Part shown: piece by piece, positions 53,596-64,000 of the stretch
Layout of the letters: the number at the start of each line of letters is the position of its first letter
Position numbering within the stretch: the first letter of the stretch is position 1
Assembly: GCA_964247055.1 (NCBI GenBank)
Contig: OZ176052.1
Coordinates: 1,612,001-1,676,000 of the forward strand
Reading direction: 5' to 3'
DNA: 64,000 bases
Source: Paragordius varius
Lineage: Eukaryota; Animalia; Nematomorpha
The notes under the pieces: generated by a model
Seen by the model: the letters and a program-made list of their open reading frames with translations, nothing else
What the model was told of the DNA's origin: nothing
The model's database searches: none
Made by a program: the position numbers and the translations under genes

Positions 53596-55077
53596 ATGAA
53601 AAATATTTTTGCTAATTGGATTCGAAAGAACGATTATAAAGAAAGAAGAGTTATTGGACAAGGTTATTTATTATGTTTTAAACCCCAAATTTTTATAAGA
53701 TATTCCATAATTTAAAATATAAAATTTATCAATTTTAACGGACATGATGATGTTTTTAAATAAAATCCTTTAGACAAGTTGAATGTAAAATTAGTTAGTT
53801 ATTTTCTTTTTTAGCGTAAAATCAACATATATAATTGGTCTAAATTTATTGTGTTTAAGAAGAGAAGTTTTTAAAACAAACTAGTCTAAGGTTTATACTA
53901 ACGTCATAGGCTACTGTAATTGATTTTCGGTCTATGGAAAGTTTTTTAAATAAAATATAATTATTAATTTGTAGATTTGAAGAAGTGGTGGCATCGTGTA
54001 TTCGCTTGTTTTGGAAAAGCGGAAGAGAAGGACGCTTTGATTGGTAAGTAAATTAGTATTTTGCTTGAACCATATTAAAGTTTATATTTTTCAAGGGCAA
54101 GAGCCAAGAGATAACTAAAATTTTAAATGGTGATGATTTTTGATGAAACTTACATTTGATTTTAATATTTATGTGTACATAATATCACTATCATTAATCG
54201 AAATAAAAGTATGTTACTCTCGGCTTGAAGATCCTTATTTAGCTATATAGATTAATTTTTTAAAAATAAATTAATATGGTAATTTTTATTATAAAACCAA
54301 TTTTTCTGTGCATAAATTAGTTGTTTGTCCGCCTGGTAAGCCTGATGCGTTTCAAAAGAAATCCAACATCAAGGGCCGACACGGATTCAAAAATGGTATT
54401 TATTTAATAAAATATATTTTGTTTAAACTTATAGCGATAAAAAATGTAATCTAGATACTATTTGAGCCCATTTAAATAAGTATCAACATCAAATAACGTA
54501 AATATTTTATTAGAACCAAATATCCCAAAAAGAGTGGTTTTCAATGAAGACGTTGAATATTTCCGTTGGACCCCGACTTCCCCTGTCGGAGAACTGTTCT
54601 ATCCAGAACCTAGTTGGGCAGAAATAAATGTGATAGAAAGCGATAATTCCTTCGATGAAGATTGTACTTCGCCTGAATCAATCGGTAAAATAAATATTTC
54701 GAAACATTTTTACAACACTGAGATAAATGCAAAAAGCAATTATCATAAAATAATATCTTAATCGATAATGTTACAAATTTATTTAATTGTGTGTAGAAAA
54801 AACTGTTCCGAAAAAAACAGTAAGATTCAATGACAAACCACAGTATTTTACAAGGACCCCTTCACCTTGTGAGGAACCATTTCCAGAATCAGGCTTACCA
54901 GGAATAGATTTGGTGGAATGCAAGGGTTGTACATGCGATTATGAATCTGTGATGACTGATTGTGTTATTCGAGAAACATACAGTAAGTTTTAAATAACAC
55001 TTTTACATTAACAATATAATTAAATTTTTTTTATTTTTTGATGTTTAGGGGTCTTTTATTTGGAGACCCGTGTATGA
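53596..55077 (+). CDS. Orphan 198-aa protein; predicted PP1-interacting protein (two RVxF motifs) with C-terminal ETRV
   Basis: Exons 53596-53662 (least certain), 53975-54043, 54321-54395, 54514-54684, 54797-54982 and 55049-55077, all junctions phase 1, total 597 nt with no internal stop: MKNIFANWIRKNDYKERRVIGQ|DLKKWWHRVFACFGKAEEKDALI|VVCPPGKPDAFQKKSNIKGRHGFKN|EPNIPKRVVFNEDVEYFRWTPTSP...ESI|EKTVPKKTVRFNDKPQYFTRTPSP...RETY|RVFYLETRV*. Exons are GC-rich against AT-rich introns. Confidence 0.75.
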
Positions 55078-55089
55078 CGTTGGCTGGAA

Positions 55090-56900
55090 TGAATCTAAAA
55101 CTATCAATCACACACTATATACATATTTTATATATTATCCATTTTTATATATAATATATTCTATTTTTACATTCCATATATTCATATTTTTTTCTTCTTC
55201 TTATTCTACGAAATACATTCCTTTACATCAAACCTCAACTCAACTTACCTTACACATACACACCCACACACATCACATGTCCTATTTACTTTTTGGACAT
55301 CATACTATTTTATATTTTACCCATCCTTACATTGCATCAACATACATATCTTCCATTCTCTATCCTTACAAATTCACCCAAGATTTATTTTCATCATACT
55401 ACACTCACCTTACATACAAACATCACCTATATTCTATCTATTTTTGGATGCTAACTTTTATTCTGTATTTAAATTATTTTTTTATTTTATTAAAAATATA
55501 TTCCCTTATTTTAATCCTTACAAAATCACTTAACATTAATCATCACACCTCTCTACCTTATATAAACATCTTCAAACTCACCATTCATCACATATTCTAG
55601 TTTTTGGATACTTTTTTATATTTTATTTGATATATATCCTCTTGAATTACATCAACATACATCTCTTTCCACCATCCCACCTCATCTTACTTACCTTACA
55701 TACAACAAACTCATCTCATCTATCCATCATTTTTTGGATACTATATTTTTATTTTTATACCATAAATAGAATTATTTTTTATTTTGATTAAATTTTATTC
55801 CTATATTACCTTATATATTACATCAACACATGTTATACGAAATCCCTCTCATCACACTCTCACCTTACAACTCATTCCCACATATCACATCACCTCTCTC
55901 CAATATGCATTGTTTCACCATATCTTTATATTGAATTAATATTTTTTAATTTTACATACCTATCTTAACAAATTCACCTACCATTTACCATTACATCGCA
56001 CCTCACCTACATCATCAAAAATCTCATTTTTGGATACTTTTTATTATATATTAATATATTTTTACTTTATATTCCTCATTTAATATTCCCATATTCCCTT
56101 GCTTTACAACCCTATCTTTACAAAATCACCTCACCTCACATATACATCATCAAACTCATCAAATCTCATTTTTGGATACTTTCGAACATATATGATATAT
56201 TTTTATTTTATATTCCCATATCCTTACGATATACCAAACATTTATCATCACACCTCACCTTACAATTACATCCTCAAACTTATATCAAATCTCATTTTTG
56301 GACACTTTTTACCATATATGAATATATTTTTACTTCAAATCTTATCCTTACGATATACCTAACATCTATCATCACACCTCATCTTACAATTACATCCTCA
56401 AACTTATATCAAATCTCATTTTTGGATGCTTTTTATTATATATGAATATATTTCTTTATATTCCCATATCCTTACAATATACCTATTTATCATCACACCT
56501 TACATATACATCATCAAACTCATCAAATCTCATTAAATACTTTTTATTATATATGAATATATTTTTACTTCAAATTCCCATATTCCCTTACATTACATCC
56601 CTATCTTTACAAAACCTCTATCATTTACCGCATTAAACATCACCTTACATCTCACACACTCATTACATCATCACCTCTCCTATTTACTTTTTTAGCATTT
56701 TCATTTTTTATATTTGATATTTTTTATTTTATTAAATTATATTCCCATATTCTCTTACATTACATCAACACATCTTTAAACTCACTCTTCCTACCTACAA
56801 AACTCCTAACATTCATCATCACACCTCACCTTACATATACATTGTCAAACTCAACACATCTCTGATTTTTATTTTCACACAACTTACATTAACGAACCCT
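55090..56900. repeat. Strand-asymmetric, nearly G-free tandem array (~120-160 bp units)
   Basis: Anchor ttttgga(t/c)(a/g)ct at ~55290, 55441, 55601, 55731, 56027, 56169, 56295 and 56419. Each unit is a T/A block plus a C/A block (catcacacctcaccttaca). G is almost confined to the anchor. Confidence 0.9.
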
Positions 56901-58199
56901 ATAAACAAAATGTTTTACCCTATCTTTTATTATAATGTTTTTTAAATATGTATTAGTTAATGATTTTGTTACATAATATTGTAAATAAATTGTTTTGATT
57001 TTGTTATAATTAAATTTATATGATATAATCAGTTTTGGATGTCTATCAAACATCGAGTCACTTTAAATACGGAACTGAGTTTGGGGTGCAATTAGTTTGA
57101 AATTTCTTTTGTTTAAAATAAATTCTAATAAAATTACAATACTATATATATCTTGATTCAAACCGAAACCGTTTATACAGAACCGGCGCTGTTAGCTTTT
57201 TTAAAAAGCGTATTAGTACCGATAACCACGGTATCGTTCTTTGAGATATTTTAAATTTATTATTGTTTAACACCTTTTGTAATTTAATATTTGAGTTAGG
57301 AAAGTGTTTTCATGTCCATATTTTAAAAGTAAATTGAAGAGGTGAATATTCTTTATTACTCTTGAAATAGATATCTATAGGTTAACACATCTCAATTTAA
57401 ACAACGTAAAGAAAAATAGTTGAAATACAAAGAATTATACAAAGTTTATTAATTAAAATTGGTATTCCCAATAATGAAAAATATGTCAAAAAAGGAAATG
57501 TCAATTCCAAATGAAAAACTACGTAGCAATAATTAATTTTATCACAACGAAAGACATCTATCTTAATGAGAGTGTGGTGTCAAAAAATGAAACCCAATTA
57601 TTTTTAACAAAAATAATGGAACCAGAATTAAATATAAAAGCGGCTTCCCGAATCATTTGATCAAGAACCGTTTTTATGTCTAAATGCAACTGCCCCCGGA
57701 ATCGAAAAAGTTTCCAATTCAATCTCAAAACATCAGTCCATTTATTGTTTTAAATGCATATTCTCACTGAGTCATATAAAATGATTATGAGAATCTATTA
57801 TTTATAAAAAATGGAAAATGCTGGATTTGTGATCTGTTTCCGGAAAACCGGAAGACCCATTCAAATCCAAATGTCGAAAAAATATAATCATTATTGAATG
57901 CCCCCACAATAGCTTCGTCCTTTTTTTGAATTAGGCCCCCAGTTCGGGTCCACCCCGTATAAAAAACGGGTTTTAAAACACAAGTCCACAAAAATCGTGT
58001 CTTTGACACAATTTTCCGGAAAACGTGTTGGAACCATTCAATTTCAAATATGATTTATTTTTGCTTATTTTCGATTGCGCCGAACATAGTCGGCTCGCTT
58101 TTTTAATTTAGGCCCTCTTTTTACCCGCTCCTCCCATAAAATGCCATTTTTTTCTAAAATTTGTCCACAAAAATAATTTTTTGAATCTATTTGTCGCCC

Positions 58200-59620
58200 A
58201 AGGAATGAGAATTCAATGAGGATTCCACGTATTCCCTTTTAAAAGGGTAAAATTTTAGTCTTGCATTTTTTTTATATTGGCTTCTGGGTAGGGACATTCC
58301 GCTAAAAACTGCCCCGTCATATTAGCGTGCCTTTGGGGCTAAATTTCAGAAAACCTATCACGCCATATGAGTTCAGTCCGTGCTTAAAATATTACCCGTA
58401 ACAAGGCAAAAATTTAGGTCGTGCGGATTAAAACTAGCCGTTAATTAATCCCTTCACGCCCTGAAATCTGCGCCACCATAGAATGATTTTTTAGTTTTGA
58501 AGAAATTTTTACAAAAACTGAGGGCATATGGAATCAATCATGATTTTTGGTATTCTTCGTAAAAAGGCAAAAATTGTAATCAAGCGCTTTTTATGTATCA
58601 GCCTCTGGGTAGGCTACCGCCTAAAACCGCGCCACCATATCGAGGCGTTTAGGAGTTAATATTCAGAAAACTTATTAGGCCATATAAATTTAATATGGAC
58701 TACCCCTAAAAAGGCAAAAATTTAAGTCGAGCGGTTTTTTTAATTTGGCTTAAATTAAGCCCTTTACTCCCTAAAAATGCGCTATCATTGAATTATTTAG
58801 TTTTGAAGCCATTCTTCCAAAAACTATCAAGAACACATGGAATGAATGAAGATTCCAGGTATTCCCCTATAAAATTAAAAAAATTTATCCAACGTCTTTT
58901 TTACATTGTCTCTGGGTAGAGACTACCCGCCAACAATTGCGCCACCATATCAATACATTACTTTGGAACCGAATTTTAGAAAACTAGACTATGTCAGTAC
59001 AAAAAGGTCCTAAAATATTTTCCACAAATACAAATATTTTAGTATAGAACGCTTTTTTAAAGCCGCTATGTAAAGTTTTACGTCCTGAAAAATGCGCCCC
59101 ATAGAATAATTTAGTTTTGAAGCAATATTACAAAGAACTTATGGGAACTTATGGGAACATATGGAATCCATGATAATTCCAGAAATTCCAAAAATTTTGT
59201 TCAACCCTTTTTTATACCTGCCCCTGGGTACAGAGCTACCCGCCAAGACTGCGCCACTATATAAAAATGCGTTATTTTGGAGCTAATTTACAGAAATTTT
59301 ATGAAGCCATATGAGCTCATTAAAAGCTTGAATACTTGTATCTAGGTAAAAAGGTCAGGCGTGTTTTTATTAGCCGTTAATTTGGGGAATTTATACCATA
59401 AAAATAGGCCATCATATAACGATTATTTAGTGTTTAAAATACCCATGAGACGATGGTATCAAAGATATTTCAATATTTGCCCTATAAAAGCCTGGAATTT
59501 AATTCAGCGTTTTTTCTACATAGGTCTATGGGTATAGGCAGGGGTCTACCGGTTTAAAACTCGCCATACAAAAATGACGTGGTTTTGGAGCTAATTTTCA
59601 CTTAAGAAGCCATACGTGTC
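58200..59620. repeat. Diverged tandem array, ~5 units of ~304-321 bp (dimers of ~155 bp)
   Basis: ctgggta-type anchor at 58284, 58605, 58912, 59224 and 59528. gcgcc(a/c)ccata-type motif roughly every 155 bp. Confidence 0.85.
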
Positions 59621-60017
59621 CAGTTAAACACATTTCTTTGAAACTTGCATAATATCTTTCTTTCCTTTTAAAAGACCACAAATGATTTACTTTTTATATC
59701 CCTTGATCCCAGCTGTGTAAAGACAATTTCATTTTAAAACTTTTAACCATGATTTCGTAAAACAAAAATCTTAAAATAAATCCTATGATAGTTGAAAATT
59801 AACATTAATAAGGGACAGTTTAAATATGGTCAATTTTGAGTAAACAATATTTGAGCCCATGCAAAAACCCGTAAACGAATATGTAAAGACATCCATTTTA
59901 TTTAATGTGTTTTTTTTATCTCCATTACCTCTATTTATTGCAAATTATTAAGAATGATTTTTGGTGAGACTACATCACAGGGAAGCGTGACAGGGCCAGC
60001 TAGTATTATTATAAAAA

Positions 60018-61160
60018 TTAGATAGGGAATTTTTATGTTTAAAAAAATTATTGATGCTTTTAGGATTTCAGTTCACTCATAAGTTGGACGCCCTTGTCCG
60101 AAAACTTTCTTTCATTTGTCGCTAAAGATCCATTTGATTTATAAGTATTTTAATTCATTAAATAGATTTTATAAATTTACAGTCCTAAACACTGTTCAAA
60201 CTACGTGCCAAGGTGTAGCGTGAGTTGTAATTCATTTATGTTAGCTATTCCATGTTAATACTAATTTACTCTAAGTGTGATAGTATGTCTCTCGCCATAT
60301 ATATTTGAAAAATATTTAAATTAATGAGGTATTTTAACTTTCAGTGTATTACTATTTTAATAATTTTTAACTTTTAAACTATTAATATTTTAAATTATAT
60401 GCAAATACATAATAATGTTCTTCTGACGCTTTTTTTGACAGTACGATAGAGTTTTGGTCTTCTGATTGCTTATGATTGGAATCATTTAGGTTATTACTAG
60501 GTCAGATGAAATAAAGGTAACCGTTAAAATTTTTTGAATAGTTTCAAGAATTATATTATAATTAATGAAAATTACATATAATTTTATATTTTGGCCATTA
60601 ACTCAACTTATTTTGTTTGGTTAAATTAACGTTCAGATCTAACCCTACTCTCCTCGCCAAGATCAAATCTAATAGATATTACAGTAAAAATTTATGCAAA
60701 GACATCAGATGTAGCTCGCATTTCTGGCGCCCGGTGCATGAATCCGTGATGGCGCCTCCTCCTAAGCTATGCTACCTCTTGAATTGAAAAATTTAAACCT
60801 TAGTCATGACCACTCTTAATGGGTAGTTTTTTATGCGTTTATTAAGTAATAACTTTTAAATACCTCTATTTTTAAAATAAAATAAAAAGTTTTAAAATCT
60901 GGCGCCCCTTAAATTATGGCCCCCGGTGTATCAGCCCCTCTTCCCCCTCTAGGTACGCCTCTGCAAAGACAAAATGTAAAAATTAAGAGACTGAGACAAA
61001 AAGAGCTGGTTACAAATATTTGTATATTAGATCTTACGGTTGTATTTATTTTTTTATTTTGACTGTGAATAAAGCCGGTTATCGTGTACAAAAAAATTCA
61101 TAAACATAATTTTAAACTGATGTAAGGTTGTTGATTCCAGTGGCGGAACTATAAATTGTG

Positions 61161-61191
<31 letters not shown>

Positions 61192-63950
61192 GTTTGCAGT
61201 ATCTTTTCACCTGACACAACGTCACTTAGATTTGTAAAGAAATATATTTAAAAATGACAATATTTATATGACTTGTCATCATGAGTCCAAAAGTTTTGCG
61301 TTACAGGTATTTTTATTTATGATAGTTAGTAACCACCCGCTCACCCTAACCACCGCCAATTCCTTAATCTTAACGTTCATTTTTAATTAAAATAATTGAA
61401 TAACTTATTAAGAATGTATTATATAATCGTGTTTTGAAATTTCGTTTTATCGATTATGCATGAGCAAATTTCTAATTATATCTTTTTTATTTATTTGATC
61501 CGCCATCTCCGCTTCAGTTGCTAGTAACGATAAATTGCTTCACCTTTTTACAGCCATCGTGCTTCTAATATAATTTTTAATTGTTTTTAAGTTTGAGAAT
61601 GAATGTTCCGCTGTAGGAACCGTAACTGGTAAAGTCAAAATCAATAATATGCTGTTACAACTTCACACTGGCTGAAACTGTTGGGTACTTAATAATTAAT
61701 AGCTTTGCCTGGCGTTGTTAATTTGAGCGATCTCATCCTTAAGCGAATTAGAAACTGTGACACATTTGAATCGGAAAATATTTACTCAAATCGTTTAGAT
61801 AATTAATTATTAAATTTTTAGCGAAATCGATAATTTCTACTTCACTCATTTTGGTTAACTTTGATGGAGGCAGAAATGAAAACATATCCGCTATGCTATA
61901 AAAACTGCCGAATGTGTTTTTTAACTTAACACATAATATTTAAAATTTTATTGAAAACATTCACTCTAAACTTATCACCTAAATTAAAAAATCTATGGTC
62001 ATCGGCAAGTTCATAAAGATGTCTTTCAATAATTTTATGTCTCTTATCACTAAAACCATGTTTAATGCCCCATTTTATTGCTGTTTCCATGGCATATTTT
62101 TTTGCGGTCATATAGTCATCTCTATATTATAATAAGTTTATATTTAAATTTTCGAGCTTTTGCTTTTATAAGGTATATATCATTAGATTTAATATTGTAG
62201 AGACTTTATGTACTTTGTCTAATATATGACATAAAAGATGCAAAGAATATAAATTAAAATTTACTTATTTTTTTAATTAACATAGAAGCTTCTTCCCGCT
62301 CATTTTCCTTAGTGTTCGTTAATGTTATATTGGTTAGCACCTTAATAATATCAAAATAACGATATTTTGTTGATAAAAGAGACGTTTACCTTCCAGCCCA
62401 ACGAGTGTGGGATTTAATTTTTTTAAAACTTAAGATTCCTGAGTATAACTTCTAAAAAAGTACCATCCTTTTATACTGTAGCCAAAAAATGTATATGTTA
62501 CCTCCAGAGTTGCCAAAAAATCGGATGCTTCTCAACAAGATTTAATAGAATCATTTATAACTAAATTTAGATTATGAGCGGCAGAATGAACAGAAACTGC
62601 CTGGGGCTGATCCTTTCGCACTCAAGATTGTACTCCATTGTAAGCTCCGCTCATAAAACTGACTCCATCCTAACCTTGGCCTATACATTTATCTAATGTG
62701 ATAAATTATAGTTTTTAAAGATTTTTTATCATATTATTTAATAATTCATATGCCATTCAATCATTACTACAAATCTGTATATAAAAAAAGTTATAATTTT
62801 GGGTCCCCGCAAAATAGAAAGGTGTCCTAAATTTGATATAAATATTAAGGGCCCCTGTTTTGCCTTGGTCCCCCGAACTATTTCCCCACACTGCTGATGT
62901 GTCCCAACAAAGATGAAACGCGTCTAACAATATGGTACGTAATAAACACTGTCCTCTTTAAAATTTTCATTTCATAAAGCCACCAATTGCCTGATAGGAA
63001 GTATTATAACTTCTAATTGTATGGTAGCCTATAAATAATGATTCCATACTATGTTGTTGTTAAAAATAGAGATGGCGTCTTTTACCTTAGGATCTATATG
63101 AGCACAACAATATATTATAATATTACTAAATTTGCTGTTGAATTGTACTAATATGTGCAAAAACATAAAATTTGATAAGATGCTTGGACAAAAACTTATT
63201 TTTATATACTTATGCCATTGATAGCACAAATATAATCAAAAATTCTATTCGAGAAATTGATGAATTTTTTCAGCGAAAACAACTTAAACTTAGACCCAAT
63301 TAAATTCCTTTGAACTGTGTTTAGCATGGAATTTTTTAAAGAATATATAAGAAATATGTGTATAGGCTACTGAGGAATCTTTTATAAATTGTATTAAAAT
63401 CAAATCCAATATCTTAATAAAGATTCTCTGCTTGTATTACTTAGATATGAACATATTCCTATGACATTGACCCAAGTGGTTAGAAATATAATTATATGTA
63501 TAATCATCTGCTCTAAGATAAAATTTCGAAATATGGCTGTTTTACTAAATAAATAAAAAATATTTACCAATTCCTAATATACTCGAATACGTATAATTCA
63601 ATAATATGGGTATTGCTATATTTCAAATGGAACTGTGGTTATCGAAAATATGGCTCTTTCACTAAATAATTACCAAAAAAAGTTTACTAGTGGCAAGTAT
63701 TCTAAATATTTTCCGATTAAAAAGAAAATAAATGATTAATTAAATGTGATGGTAAATAATAAAAAATATTATGAAAAATTATATGAAAATCAATATTTAA
63801 CTTTTACTTTTTAAAAAATTTTAACATTTACATTGCCACTAAAAAATTAAACTTTTTTGCAAAATTATTTTTTTCCAAAATTTTGAAAGAGCACATATAT
63901 TTTTCAAGGAGCCACAAGTGGCTACTGAACCACCTGTTGGATACCCCTTA
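60018..63950 (+). repeat. Duplicated block, copy 2 (of 47455-50815)
   Basis: See copy 1. Carries extra sequence at ~60726-61137, including another hAT-like end ggtacgcctctg at ~60952-60963. Confidence 0.95.
61138..62893 (-). pseudogene. hAT transposon relic, copy 2
   Basis: LDKCIGQG*DGVSFMSGAYNGVQ, TRWAGR*TSLL..KYRYFDIIKVLT, ORF 61926-62111 (KWGIKHGF..KRHK..DKFRVNVFNKIL), and hATC TLPVTVPTAEHSFSNLKTIKNYIRSTM (~61555-61640). Confidence 0.92.
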
Positions 63951-64000
63951 GTAAGCGGCCGAATAAAGCATTTTCTTTGTCTAGGGTCCTACACTTTGTA

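Noticed and set aside
55070-56636. His/Tyr/Thr-rich ORFs 55070-55600, 56099-56362 and 56442-56636
   Set aside because: They stay open because the G-free strand lacks TAG and TGA. Frame is not conserved between repeat units, and the first overlaps the orphan's stop in another frame.
60909-61091. ORF with GVPRGGRGADTPGA
   Set aside because: Reads through the GC-rich subterminal region of an hAT-like end.
1-64000. rRNA, tRNA, snoRNA or snRNA genes
   Set aside because: No cloverleaf, A/B boxes or convincing C/D pairs were seen by eye. tRNAscan-SE or Infernal would be needed to exclude them.

Overview
This is very AT-rich eukaryotic (probably invertebrate animal) DNA using the standard genetic code and GT-AG introns. 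I could assemble five genes. (1) An intronless SCO1/SCO2 copper chaperone (3521-4366 +). (2) A ~102-aa single-TM gene missing from the ORF track (4443-4837 -). (3) A ~55-exon UTP20 (5026-42720 +). (4) A SOUL heme-binding family gene (~44953-46872 +). (5) An orphan 198-aa gene with two PP1-docking RVxF motifs and a C-terminal PDZ-type ligand (53596-55077 +). The most striking feature is eight 23-31 nt introns, 7 of 8 with GTT donors, all within ~650 bp of the divergent promoter shared by the small gene and UTP20. Every other intron I could place is about 60 nt to 2 kb. Repeats comprise a foldback-like MITE with modular 21-bp TIR units (11-12 copies, all in or just 3' of genes), a second TA-flanked MITE, an RTE-type LINE relic, and a decayed hAT transposase in two copies of a ~3.4-3.9 kb duplicated block. 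There is also a ~2 kb repeat present inverted at the window start and at 50.9-53.1 kb, a 1.27 kb palindrome abutting SCO1, a nearly G-free tandem array, and a ~310 bp tandem array. All homology calls are by eye from remembered motifs, identities are estimates, and no searches were run. No rRNA, tRNA or CRISPR could be supported.
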